Assembly: GCA_000004985.1 (NCBI GenBank)
Contig: GG738867.1
DNA length: 64,000 bases
From: Naegleria gruberi
Taxonomy: Eukaryota
Reading direction: 5' to 3' (one strand)
Shown: one piece after another, positions 1-10,676 of the stretch
How the letters are laid out: each line of letters begins with the position of its first letter
Numbering within the stretch: the stretch's first letter is position 1
Program-made: the position numbers and the translations under genes
The notes under the pieces: model-generated
What the model saw: the letters and a program-made list of their open reading frames with translations, nothing else
Told to the model about the DNA's origin: nothing
Databases searched by the model: none

Positions 1-6
1 TTCACT

Positions 7-336
7 ATGTACTACACTGTTGGTATTCAATTGTCTTCAGGAGTTTTGAATTCTACTTCAGTTTCTCAACCAATTAAGTTTGTTGAAAATTGTGATTCTG
101 CTAAGGTTGCCTGTTCACTTGATCTAACATTGCCCTGTGTACGTGAAAAACAGTGTGGAATGTACTATGACCAGTCAACAGAGAAGCAACAAGATGTAAA
201 AGTATTTATTTCTTGGACAGGAACTGATACCACTGGAACTCCATTAAGAAGTTATGGTTTATTGCCATCTAACTTCCGTTACCTTGCCTTTGAAAATTAC
301 TTTAACCAATTTGTTGGCCTTATCACTCCACAATAA
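7..336 (+). CDS. 3' end of a gene starting upstream of the window; hypothetical protein, C-terminal 109 aa
   Basis: Open frame from the window edge to TAA at 334-336. Codon usage matches neighbouring genes. No recognisable domain. Confidence 0.35.
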   Translation: MYYTVGIQLSSGVLNSTSVSQPIKFVENCDSAKVACSLDLTLPCVREKQCGMYYDQSTEKQQDVKVFISWTGTDTTGTPLRSYGLLPSNFRYLAFENYFNQFVGLITPQ

Positions 337-393
337 TTTTGTAACATCACACTATCGTTTTATTATTATAAACAACAACAAGAATATAAAAAT

Positions 394-750
394 ATGACAA
401 GATCATCATCTTGGTTTTCTTCCGAATCTTTCTTTTTAATATTGGGTGGTATTGCTTATTGGATTTTCTCAGTTTTCTTTTCTAATTATTCTAATCCTTC
501 TTCTTCTAGACCTTCACTAGATGCTAACAGTAGTAATGGTGATGGAACATTCTTTCAATTTTTAAAACAATTTGCTCAAAAGGGAGGAATCAAACACATG
601 TTTCCAGGAGATGATTCACGTGATTCTAGTATTCAATTTGAATTAATTTCACAAGTGCATTGTACTACTTCAGTTGGAAAACCCATCAGTGTCACGGTAA
701 GAAATACACCAACCGATAGAAGAAGAATGAGAATGTTCGGAGGCTTTTAA
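394..750 (+). CDS. hypothetical small membrane protein, 118 aa, one predicted TM near the N-terminus
   Basis: ATG in an A-rich context (aaaaatATG). Hydrophobic stretch FFLILGGIAYWIFSVFF. Ends in a basic RRRMRMFGGF tail. Single exon. Confidence 0.4.
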   Translation: MTRSSSWFSSESFFLILGGIAYWIFSVFFSNYSNPSSSRPSLDANSSNGDGTFFQFLKQFAQKGGIKHMFPGDDSRDSSIQFELISQVHCTTSVGKPISVTVRNTPTDRRRMRMFGGF

Positions 751-930
751 TTCATGATGATGATTTCTAGAAAGAAGGGAAATAGAATTACAATTCATAA
801 TATCATCAGACTAACATTGACAATTTAAGCTCATCCTATGTGTGTATTGGTTGGTTTGGTTTATTATGAATTGTATTAATCATCATCATTAATTTATTGG
901 AACAACATTTTAATTTCATAATTTAAAAAA

Positions 931-1677
931 ATGAGTTCGCGTATTGAATACATTTCACCTGAAGGATTGCGAGTTGATGGAAGACGTTCCCATGAAATTA
1001 GAAATATTAAATTTAAATTAAATTTATTTAGTAGAGCCGATGGATCAGCATATTATGAACAGGGCAATACACGTGTATTAGCTGCTGTTTATGGTCCGAG
1101 AGAAGTCAAAAATAAATCACAAATGAAGAATGATAGAGCAATTATTAATTGTGAATATAGTATGGCAACATTTAGTACAGGAGAAAGAAAGAGACAATTC
1201 AAAAAGGATAGAAGATCGACTGAAATTTCAGTTGTGATTAGACAAACATTTGAATCTGTAATTTTAACACATTTATATCCAAGAACACAAATTGATATTT
1301 TCATGCAAGTTCTTCAAGCTGATGGAGGTACTAGATGTGCTTGTATAAATGCTGCAACACTTGCCTTATTAGATGCAGGTATTCCAATGAAAGATTTTGT
1401 TGTTTCATGTGCTGCTGGATTTATTCAAGGTTCTCCATTAACAGATTTAAATTATATTGAAGATTGTGCTGGTGGTCCAGATGTACCAATTGCTCTTCTT
1501 CCAAAACATGATAAGGTCACTTTATTACAAATGGATTCGAAATTATCTTTGGATCAATTTGAAAAGGTTTTGGAACATGCAATAGAGGGTTGTAAACAAA
1601 TTCACAAAGTTATAGATGAACAATTGAAGAAACATACGTATGCACTGGTGAATAAAAGAGGTCTGTTTTCGGCCTAA
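931..1677 (+). CDS. exosome complex exonuclease Rrp41-like (RNase PH domain), 248 aa, single exon
   Basis: Translation shows the RNase PH/Rrp41 pattern: EGLRVDGRRSHEIRNI, GSAYYEQGNTRVLAAVYGPRE, and the C-terminal RNase PH region ADGGTRCACINAATLALLDAGIPMKD. Confidence 0.8.
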   Translation: MSSRIEYISPEGLRVDGRRSHEIRNIKFKLNLFSRADGSAYYEQGNTRVLAAVYGPREVKNKSQMKNDRAIINCEYSMATFSTGERKRQFKKDRRSTEISVVIRQTFESVILTHLYPRTQIDIFMQVLQADGGTRCACINAATLALLDAGIPMKDFVVSCAAGFIQGSPLTDLNYIEDCAGGPDVPIALLPKHDKVTLLQMDSKLSLDQFEKVLEHAIEGCKQIHKVIDEQLKKHTYALVNKRGLFSA

Positions 1678-1739
1678 TTATATTACATTGTAATATCCTT
1701 TATCTCTTTCTTTGTTATTGTTCTGAAGCCATGTAAAGG

Positions 1740-1777
1740 GTGAACTGATTTATATTTCAGAAATTAAGATAGTTGAT
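1740..1777 (+). promoter_or_regulatory. conserved 38-bp upstream element of 5S gene copy 1, with a TATA-like box (tttatattt) about 21-27 bp before the 5S 5' end
   Basis: The sequence gtgaactgatttatatttcagaaattaagatagttga is identical upstream of both 5S copies (1740-1777 and 2844-2881). Flanking sequence outside this element and the gene is unrelated. Confidence 0.6.
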
Positions 1778-1896
1778 GGCTACGGCCATATCACGATGAA
1801 TGCACCTCATCCCGTCCGATTTGAGAAGTTAAGCATCGTCGAGCCACATCAGTACTGAGGTTGGAGACAACTTGGGAACCTGTGGTGCTGTAGTCT
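1778..1896 (+). rRNA. 5S ribosomal RNA gene, copy 1
   Basis: GGCTACGGCCATATCACG...GGTTGGAGACAACTTGGGAACCTGTGGTGCTGTAGTCT aligns to eukaryotic 5S (GCCTACGGCCATACC...GGGAATACCGGGTGCTGTAGGC) and closely to Dictyostelium 5S (GGTTGGAGACAAC). Helix I pairs 5' GGCUACGGC with 3' GCUGUAGUC. Followed by T5. Confidence 0.9.
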
Positions 1897-1900
1897 TTTT
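1896..1900 (+). terminator. Pol III oligo-T terminator (TTTTT) after 5S copy 1
   Basis: T5 run immediately 3' of the 5S helix-I closing strand. Confidence 0.7.
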
Positions 1901-2022
1901 CTTGCAGATTTCACACTTTTGAACTTGGTTTTTCAACAATATTGGCTTGTTTTTATTGGTTTTCAATATTGATTCATTGAGATATTTCCACAACAAAACA
2001 AAATAACTAAATAACCAACACT

Positions 2023-2274
2023 ATGAGCAAAATGCCAGCTAGAAATACTTCATCAAATTCTTCTTACGAAGATAGAATTCCAACAAAAACGGTCTGGTCA
2101 AGATCTAAACCAATTATAGATGGAACTAGACATCGTAATAAAATTGATTATCATCTTGCAAATTTAAATGGTAAACAAATTTCAGTGAAAAGATCTTCGA
2201 AAAATTCAATTGAAAAGAGAGCTAAACAACAATCAACCACCACTAAGAAGATTACCAAATCGAAAAAGATGTAA
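2023..2274 (+). CDS. small lysine/serine-rich basic ORF (83 aa) between the two 5S genes; hypothetical
   Basis: ORF with an A-rich start context and basic composition (possible nucleolar or RNA-binding). No homology recognised. Confidence 0.25.
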   Translation: MSKMPARNTSSNSSYEDRIPTKTVWSRSKPIIDGTRHRNKIDYHLANLNGKQISVKRSSKNSIEKRAKQQSTTTKKITKSKKM

Positions 2275-2843
2275 ATTAACTTGTAACTAATTCAGTAAAT
2301 TGTAAATAACGTTTTGAAATAGATGAAGTTTCAATTTAGAATTGATCAGAATATGAGAAACCAAAATTTGCATCAAGCAATTCAACATGGCAACAGTTCA
2401 ATAAATACTAGGTTGATCAACCTTATCTATTTCTTCAAACAAAACCTGAACCAACAAGATTCTGTCTTCGTTGCCTTCACTGTTCATACAGTCAAAGACT
2501 GTAGCGGGATTGTCGCCATATTCCTGGCAGGCTTCCCGTCGTATCTAATTAATTGAAAATTTTTTTAATTGACATTGCTTCTAAGTAGCGATCTAGTAGA
2601 ATTCGACTCTAAGTTACACAACTTAAAGGCAGTTATAAATATGGTTACTAAAGTTCAAAGTGTTAGATCATTAAGTACTGGTTGGAAATAATGCTCCAAT
2701 TGTTAAAGTTATTGATAACTATAAGGATGAGCAAAATGGTTCTTTCATCCAATTTGATGGAACTCAATTGAAATGGTCATACATTTGCTATTTTACTGAG
2801 TTACGGATGTGGTTTGCCTTGTATTCAGTGGATTATATATAGA

Positions 2844-2881
2844 GTGAACTGATTTATATTTCAGAAATTAAGATAGTTGAT
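2844..2881 (+). promoter_or_regulatory. conserved 38-bp upstream element of 5S gene copy 2 (TATA-like box)
   Basis: Identical to 1740-1777. Confidence 0.6.
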
Positions 2882-3000
2882 GGCTACGGCCATATCACGA
2901 TGAATGCACCTCATCCCGTCCGATTTGAGAAGTTAAGCATCGTCGAGCCACATCAGTACTGAGGTTGGAGACAACTTGGGAACCTGTGGTGCTGTAGTCT
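2882..3000 (+). rRNA. 5S ribosomal RNA gene, copy 2
   Basis: Identical to copy 1 over the whole gene. Followed by TTTT (3000-3003). Spacing to copy 1 is 1104 bp. Confidence 0.9.
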
Positions 3001-3206
3001 TTTATCTTTTTGTCTTTTTGTGGAATAGAATGACCATTCAATTAGAAACAGTAAAAGTATGAAACAAATTTGTTGTTTTATTTCATATAAATAGGCTTCT
3101 CCCATATTTGTCAAGCTAATGAAATAATTTTCATAATATGGAATTATTGACACAACTTTTGAATAACATCTGTCAATTTTAATTTCAATTCCAGATCTTT
3201 CATCCT

Positions 3207-3756
3207 TCAAGATGAAAAGTTATAGTTCATCGTCACTATCTTCATCACTTTCTTCATATAAAAGATAAAGCTGTCCCTCCTTTCATCCACATATAATACA
3301 TCAATATTATTGTAATCTGATTGATTTAAATTAATTTCTCTTTTTTTTGATCCATTCAATAAATCCATTACATAGATTGTATTAATATTATGTATGATAT
3401 ACATTTCATTCTTTGATTTAGCACAATTCATTTTATACTTTGAACTAATCTTACTTTCCCAAATAGGAGATTCTTTTGAATAATCTGTTACATTATCTAA
3501 TATTTTATATTTCTTAATACAATCTCTTGTTCCAATATAAACATTCTGAAATTGACTGTCAATCTGAACAGAACTAAATAAAGGTAATTTAAATTTAAGT
3601 TTCCATGATTTACATTCTGAATCAAATACATAACATTGTTTCTTGGTAGTTATGGCAATTATTAAATTATTTAATTGCTTAGTTGTAACTGTAGTTAAAT
3701 ATGTAATACCAGCAAGTTCTGGAATTGTATCTATTTTATGGAAAGATCAACTAGGA
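3207..3756 (-). CDS. hypothetical protein (at least 183 aa as an open frame; 5' exon or start not resolved)
   Basis: Continuous minus-strand frame ...SFHKIDTIPELAGITYLTTV...NCAKSKNEMYIIHNINTIYVMDLLNG...MNYNFSS* ending at 3207. An upstream stop at about 3757 suggests a spliced 5' exon. Confidence 0.35.
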
Positions 3757-4091
3757 GGAAATTAATTTTGAAATAATGGATGGAATAATGGATGGAATAA
3801 TATCAGTTTTACTAATTCTTGTTCATCTTCGTGCTGTTCTCTTTGGGGAATTTCACTACATATTGCAGCTTTAAGCTTTTTGGAGTGCTGATCATTTATA
3901 CTAATTTGTCGCAGTTGACTTTCTCTTCATTTTTTTTAATTTGGGAGGAAATTGGAAGTTTTTTTAGAGGAATAAATTTCTGAATTTGACCATTAAATTG
4001 AGCAAACACATATCTTTCAATTTATTCAAATATTGGGATCATCCAGATTCATTTATTTACATTGTTATTTTTTATTTAAAATTAAAAAAAA

Positions 4092-6835
4092 TGCAAACAA
4101 TTCAAAAGGCATTTAATATTGATCATTCTTTAAATTGGATCGGAAAGGAATTAAAAATATATGATCGTTCCAATGATAATGAAGATAAATCCTATGATGA
4201 ATGGTTATTAAATTATTCGGATACACTTGTTGCTGTTTCAAGGGATTGTAAATTAGTTGGAATTGGACATTATCGTCATTGTTATTTATGTATATATGAT
4301 AATTCTATAAATGAATTTGAATTAATTCAAGTAAATTCACCATGTAAATATGAAGGGTAAATATGAATATTATTATTTTAATATTTATTTGGATTAAGAG
4401 AGAAAATTACTTGTTTAATGTGGATTTCATTTAGTAATCAAAATTTTCTAATGATTGGATCTTCGGAAGGTTATTTGAGAATTTATGATGTTCAACAAGA
4501 TAAAATTATTCGTGAAGAGAGATTTCACGATTTGGAAATTGTTAAAATTCGATCACAAAGTGTTTTTCACAACACACTTCTTCCAAATTTTCAAAAAGAA
4601 ATTATTTTAATAATATATCCTAATCATGTCATCACTATTGATCCTCTCCATCTCAAAAAGGAATTAAATAGTGAAAATCCTTCCATGGATTTGGATGATT
4701 TAGAATACAAGAAATGGAATTTACAAGAATTTGCTAAACTTAATGATGCTTGTTGTTTATATTCTCATTGTTCTGATTCTTCAATTTTTGAAGTGATGGA
4801 AGAAAAGAGTGAATTTGATATTGTAGCGGTTGGTAAATCAACACTAGCTCTCTACTCAACAGCTAATGAAATTGTTGAATATGTGAGAAAGAGAACAAGA
4901 GTGAAGAAAATTGCAACACAAGTAGCAAGCAAAGTTTATTCTCTTGCATCCAATTACAGCTCATGGTTATGGGGAGGAAATAAGGAAGTTGAGCAACCGA
5001 GTGAACCTGAAGAACCAGAAATATTACCAGGTACACGTATTCCAATTTCCAATCGATTCATAGATGAAAAGAGAGAAATATTTCATGCTGATTTGGATTA
5101 TACAGGAAAATATTTGGCAACGAGTGATTCTTTGGGAAGAATTTTAATATTTGATTTATCAACCATGACTGTTATGAAAGTATTTAAAGGATACAGAGAA
5201 GCTCATTGTTATTGGTTTTTCACTGGATCAGAACCTGAAAATATGAATAGTGAATCAAATATTGAATTATTATTGATATTTGCACCTAGGAGAGGCATAT
5301 TGGAATGTTGGACCATTGATGGAAGGAGATTATATGCACTAACCGTTGGAACTGATAAGAGATTTATTAAGGCATCTGGAAATTTCATTGAAGGAAAAGA
5401 AACAACCTTTCATCCTTCACAATTTTATCTCATCTCACAAACAGATGGATCCATTCAACAAGTAGAATTTGACATTTCACTTGAAAAGATACAAAAAAGT
5501 GATTTTATTGATAATTCCTCTTCTTCAGGTTCTGCAAATCCATTCAAATTACTAATGGAAAATAAACTCAATTAATTCAACAATACAACAATACATTCAA
5601 CAGCTTCTATTAAATTATTGAACATTACAAATTACAAAAAAATGTGGTTACTCGTAGAAACACAACAATTCGTCATCAATAATAGTGAAGACATATCGGA
5701 ACCAACACCATCCGATTCTTCTTCTATTGCAATAATTCCATCAGCAACATCATCCAATATTACTAACACTAGTGGTGATGATAATAATCAGCAACAACAT
5801 CAAGAATCAATTACATCCTCCTCTTCATCCTCTTCATCATCAACAATAATTTTGAATAATTCATTTCTTCATGAAGCACCTTTGAATGTAAATTTAACTG
5901 AATTAAATTCAGCACTTTCAAGAATTGTTAAAGGAAGACATGTTTTATTTTCATGTTTTGAATATTTACTTTCTAATCAATTAATTAAAAAGGCTAAAGA
6001 TGAACAAGAATTAAAAGAAAAAGAATCAATTTTATATAATGAATTATTTCCAATATTTCAAAATTGTTGTGACAAATCATTTATAATAAGTCATAAAATT
6101 CCAATTACACCTCAAATAATTCATGAAGAAAAGACAAATTTAAAAAAGATTTGTGAAAAACATTTAAATTCAAATAATTTTATAACTTTATGTAAACTTA
6201 TTGATGCAATTGAAAAGAATACAGATTATATTCACTCAATAACATGTTTTAATGGTAAAAAGAGTCTTTCACATTCAGATTATAAAAAGTATGATGATTT
6301 GAGACGAGTATTTGCAACAGATAATGAAAAAACAAAAATTAACATCAAGATTGAAATTAAATTGAATACACCAGTTCATATTCATTTAACTAAATGTGAA
6401 TTTGCACCTCCCCTAATAGAAAACAAGAAGAGAAAGGCAAGACAATTAACAAATCTTGAAGAAGAAATGCTTTCCAATAATGATGAAAATGGATCTTTCT
6501 TTCATATTAAAAAGAAGAAGGTTGAAAAGTATGGTCCAAGAAGATTGAAAATTCCAGATGATCTCGCAATTAAAAAGGAACAATTGGAATATATTGGAGA
6601 ATCAAGCATGTTAAAAAATAGATTAAAGAATGAAAGATTACAGAAAATGCTTTTAGAAGTTGATGCTAATTATGATAGAGAACAAGTTTTGGATTTCTTT
6701 TTGGAAACTGAACCTGAATTTTTAATATTCTGTGAAGAGTTACTTTACATTATGGGAAGAAGAGATGATAATGATTTGAAACAAATTCATGAAGTTAATG
6801 CTAAATATGAACAAATGAAACAGAATAAACAATAA
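4092..6835 (+). CDS. RAB3GAP2-like (Rab3 GTPase-activating protein non-catalytic subunit) homolog, multi-exon
   Basis: Exon 1 is 4092-4356 (donor G|gtaaat). Exon 2 is 4435-5575 (acceptor tttcatttag|). Motifs match human RAB3GAP2: EGYLRIYD versus SGYVRFYT, GRILIFDLSTMTVMKVFKGYREA versus [23 protein letters not shown], and FAPRRGILECW versus YAPRRGILEVW. ORF 5618-6835 is in the same frame as exon 2, separated only by TAA at 5573-5575. It contains RHVLFSCFEYL, compare RLPFSCLRNI. The join may be a 75-nt intron 5529-5603, or the downstream ORF may be a separate gene. Confidence 0.55.
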
Positions 6836-7160
6836 GATTATAGTACTTTAGAGAATTTGCCTTAATATATTTTCATGTGGTGTATCTTTGAAGATTACAG
6901 ATGAAACAATTGTATTCAAATGAATTAGATTAATAGACATTTTAGATTTACCGTGAGTGAACCATCAGGATTAAATCACCTCACTCTGCTCAGTTTATTT
7001 ACAGTTTTACAATACCAAATTTTGAATAAATTCCTTAAAAAGCTTTGCCAATTGTTGTACATACTAAAAGTCTAGTGCCCACAAAAACAGGAACAAAAAG
7101 GCGACAATTCCAAGCAAGACCTAAATGTTCAACTAGCCTGTGTGAAAGCAGAGAAAAAAA

Positions 7161-7310
7161 AGTCGCGCAATTCTTTTGAAATTCTCATTTTCGCGCTTAA
7201 TTCGCTGTAGACGCAAATTGTCTGCACAATGCTTTTTTGATTCTCAAACAACCATAAGCCGAATGATAGTGTAAAAATAAGCTCGTTGGTTTTTCGCGTT
7301 CCGCGTTTCT
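7161..7310. promoter_or_regulatory. CpG-rich cluster of E2F-like sites (TTTTCGCGC at 7187-7195, TTTTTCGCGTT at 7289-7300, plus GTCGCGC and CCGCG) 40-190 bp upstream of the 7350 ATG
   Basis: Four CGCG-containing motifs within 150 bp in a roughly 70% AT genome. TTTTCGCGC matches the E2F consensus TTTSSCGC exactly. Confidence 0.4.
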
Positions 7311-7349
7311 CTTTCTTCGTGGATATCAAGCCAAACAAAAAAGCGAAAG

Positions 7350-8888
7350 ATGTACCCACAACCACAAAGTATTAATCAACACTACCCTCCACCAACATCA
7401 TCATCAATTTTACCTTCAATTCCATCAACAACAAGTTTTACTAATACCAATGGTGGCTCTACTATTCTTCATCATCAATACGTGAATAATAGTAATAACA
7501 ATGGATTGATTAATTCCTCTTCACAATCCAATCAATATGGTTATCAACAACAACAAAATGATGATTTAAATAAGAAAGCTTTAACATTACTTTTCAATAG
7601 AACTCCATCAAAACCAGCTACAACTTATTATGATTCGAAGTGTTATGCTACTTCCGGTGTTAGTACTGCCTTACATTATCATGATTCCTCCAATCATCAC
7701 TCGAAAAACATGTTCAGTCAACAACAATACTATCCAAATTATTTGGTTCAAAATATTTCAACAACAACTCAACAACCTGTTAATAATACGACTAACATGT
7801 ACAATCAATTCAATCAAATTTACCCAACCACTACCAGTGCACACGCTCCAGTTAATCCTGTGAGCGCTCACACTATTCCATCCCCTCTTCTTTCCAAAAC
7901 TCAAACTACTACTTTCCACAATAATATTGTTGAATCTGGTGTCATCTCCAATACTACCAATGTTACCTCCGTTAAGACTGTTAGCACTCCTGAACAATCC
8001 ACTATTGATCAAAAAGTGATATCTTCCACAACAAATAATTTGCAATCCTTTAATGAAATTATTGGAATGATAGACGAAAAAAAGAAGCGGAAGGACTCAT
8101 CAGATCAACAACAAAACAAGAAGAGAAAAAAGGAACCTGTCCAAGTTAAGGAAGAAGATGAAGAGGAGGAATGTGAAGAAGAAGTTGTCGAAGAAGATTT
8201 TGTTAATGGTTCTTCCACTGAAAAATTGTTGCCAATAAGAGCTCTCGCTCATCTTGTTGGACTTTCTAAAGATGAAGGTAAAACATGGAGATACAGAGAT
8301 GTTCGTAGAGCTTTATTCGAGAAGACATCAAAGGAACACAGCAACTTTATTGAAAAGAATCAACAACATTCAATTCTTAGACAAAGACTTCCTCACAAGT
8401 TGACTCTTGTTAGCTTCTGTAAAAGGATTATGTTGCTTGTCTTCCACTTTATTATAAGAGATGGTAGAGAGCCAAAGTTCTTTTTGCGCACTCATGTCAA
8501 GAAGGATCTTATTGAAAATACCTTAGAAAACGAGGCACCTGAATTTTACAAGAAGATTAATTGCAATATTGCCATGAAGATACACGCTTTCATTTGTACT
8601 GGTTTATCAATTGAGCAAGCTGCAAAAAATGTTCTTCAAAATATTCCACAAGGTGATAAATCTGCCGTAGCAACAGTCAACGTTACTCAATGCTCTAGTT
8701 CAACAAATAGTTCTGAACAACATTCATCCAATTCTATAGAACCAAAAACTAGTCCAATTCTTGATTCTCCAACTCTTTCCCCAATCAATCCAACACTCCC
8801 TTCGCTTCGTGATTTGCTGAAACAACCAAGTGCTCTGTCAGCTCACGTTAATTGTCAATCCTGTCCACACTGTAAGCAAGAGATTTAA
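7350..8888 (+). CDS. hypothetical Q/N/S/T-rich nuclear protein, 512 aa, single exon
   Basis: Long ORF with homopolymeric low-complexity N-terminus. Contains a KKRKDSSDQQQNKKRKKEP NLS-like stretch, an acidic EEDEEEECEEEVVEED block, a conserved-looking C-terminal half and a C-terminal CQSCPHCKQEI. Confidence 0.5.
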   Translation: MYPQPQSINQHYPPPTSSSILPSIPSTTSFTNTNGGSTILHHQYVNNSNNNGLINSSSQSNQYGYQQQQNDDLNKKALTLLFNRTPSKPATTYYDSKCYATSGVSTALHYHDSSNHHSKNMFSQQQYYPNYLVQNISTTTQQPVNNTTNMYNQFNQIYPTTTSAHAPVNPVSAHTIPSPLLSKTQTTTFHNNIVESGVISNTTNVTSVKTVSTPEQSTIDQKVISSTTNNLQSFNEIIGMIDEKKKRKDSSDQQQNKKRKKEPVQVKEEDEEEECEEEVVEEDFVNGSSTEKLLPIRALAHLVGLSKDEGKTWRYRDVRRALFEKTSKEHSNFIEKNQQHSILRQRLPHKLTLVSFCKRIMLLVFHFIIRDGREPKFFLRTHVKKDLIENTLENEAPEFYKKINCNIAMKIHAFICTGLSIEQAAKNVLQNIPQGDKSAVATVNVTQCSSSTNSSEQHSSNSIEPKTSPILDSPTLSPINPTLPSLRDLLKQPSALSAHVNCQSCPHCKQEI

Positions 8889-8953
8889 AAAGGCAACCAG
8901 TTAAACATCAAGTCCAAGATGAATCCTTTTGATTCAAATTTTGAAATAAAAAA

Positions 8954-10368
8954 ATGTACGAAAACAAGCTAAACAGTTACAATAACAAACAAGGTTCAAC
9001 GTTATATCTGGTTGGTGAATTAATGTCACTTTCACATGCTGTATTTCCAGGAGAGCACGTATTCAAAGTTTCTTCCACTTCAGTTTCAGAATTTGAACCT
9101 TTTAAAATTGATGATACTAATTCCGATCTTACAAAGATTGCTGATGCTATTTATCAAAAAGTGGTTCATTTACCAAATATCAATGTTGTAAAAGGTATGA
9201 AATTTGCGTTACTTGCGTTTGTTAAATTTAGTATTATAATAATAATAATATCTGTAAAAATGATGTTGAACAAAATCAATCGATTAACACTGTGATATTT
9301 AGTAATTTCTGGTCGTCATCACACTCATCTCATCACATTCGAAGGAAGAATTTTGAGTTTTGGAACAAATGGTAATGGTGAATTATGTTGTGGAGTATCT
9401 GGAGCATTAGGTGGTTCTCCAATTAGAGGTCTCATTAGAGCTGAAGGTTTGTTTTTAATGATTATAAGTTTGATTGTAAATTCATTTGTTAACAAATTAC
9501 AACAACAACAACAATATAGGTGTTATCAATGAATATAAAATAATTGACGGAGCTGGAGGTGGATATCACAGTATTTTCATTTCAATTGATGGTTCAGTAT
9601 TTGTAAATGGATCTAATTCAGCTAATCAATTGGGAATTTCAGATACTGAATCTCAAAAGAAACCAGTTAAACTTCCAAGTGATTATTTTGATGGTCAACC
9701 TATTTGTAAAGTAGGAGCTAACAATACTCATTCTGTATTTATTACAAGAAATTCTCAAGTTTATGTTGCAGGATCTGATTCTAATGGATGTTGTGCAGGT
9801 ATTAAAAGTAGTTCAGTACCTTTATTATTGAAATTTCCAATACAATTTACACCAATTGATGTCAGTTGTGGTTATGATGATACTAAATTTCTAACAAGTC
9901 AAGGTGTGTNNNNNNNNNNNNNNNNNNNNNNNNNNNNNNNNNNNNNNNNNNNNNNNNNNNNNNNNNNNNNNNNNTCATTCGAGGTTTTCAGATATTATTA
10001 AAATATCAAATGGATATTTCTGTCAATCATTTCAAACAAGTGATTTTTTGGTTCATGGAAGTTCAGTAATTGAAGATCAATTTCTTGAAAATTTTCATTC
10101 AGGTGATTATGACATTTATATTACAAAGGAATTTAATCCAAAAACTAAAGGATTTGGATTTATTAGAAAGTTGGATGGAACTGATTTGACTGGTGAATTT
10201 AACTTTAATGATTTGGTTGAACAAGTTGGAATTTCATCTCAAAGAAATCATTTTATTATTCATACTTATAGAGATGATTATAATCCAATTCATGAACATT
10301 TCATATTCTTTATTAAATTAATTGGAAATGACAGATTACCTTTAAATGATATTAAATTTATTTTTTAA
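8954..10368 (+). CDS. RCC1-repeat protein, multi-exon, interrupted by an assembly gap
   Basis: Exons are about 8954-9192, 9301-9444 and 9518-gap. RCC1-like repeats are GRILSFGTNGNGELCCGV, HSIFISIDGSVFVNGSNSANQLGI and HSVFITRNSQVYVAGSDSNGCCAGI. The C-terminal part continues after the gap to the stop at 10368. Confidence 0.5.
9910..9974. other. assembly gap (65 N)
   Basis: Run of n characters inside the RCC1-like gene. The X-containing ORFs in the six-frame track are artefacts of it. Confidence 0.99.
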
Positions 10369-10676
10369 ATTATAATTGTAAAATAAAAACAATTAAATAT
10401 ATTTAATGAACCTTTATTTAACTATGGAAAGTTTAATGTTTATTAACTATAAACCAACTATTTCTGGAATCTATTGTTTGGTGTGGATTACAAAATCCAG
10501 AAACGGATGATTTTGAACATGTACTGAAAAGGCTTGAAGATTTTAAATTTCGTTATTTTAAAAAAAAAATTCAATCAGAAAACAAAGGCTGTGTGACAGA
10601 CTTTAATATTTCATCATAAACACAAATACAAATTTTTGATCGGATTTTTTAAAGTATACAATTCATCATCTTTATA

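Noticed and set aside
2556-2860. Possible small RNA gene in the 5S spacer (GC-richer patch gactgtagcgggattgtcgccatattcctggcaggcttcccgtcg, A/T tract aatttttttaatt)
   Set aside because: No Sm site, box C/D or H/ACA pair, or convincing stem structure. Cannot be supported from sequence alone.
2953-3210. 85-aa minus-strand ORF downstream of 5S copy 2
   Set aside because: It overlaps the 5S gene in antisense and lies 3' of the longer 3207-3756 ORF in a different frame. No support.
5725-5870. Homopolymeric Ser/Gln/Asn codon runs (also 7380-7560, 9500-9515, 53580-53620)
   Set aside because: These are coding low-complexity tracts typical of dictyostelid proteins, not independent repeat elements.
6836-7140. 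Short hairpin-like ccgtgagtgaacc...cacctcactctg and possible snoRNA in the intergenic region
   Set aside because: Stems are 6-7 bp with mismatches and there are no canonical snoRNA boxes. Indistinguishable from background.
9486-10368. ORFs containing runs of X
   Set aside because: Artefact of translating the N-gap. Treated as one gapped RCC1-like gene.
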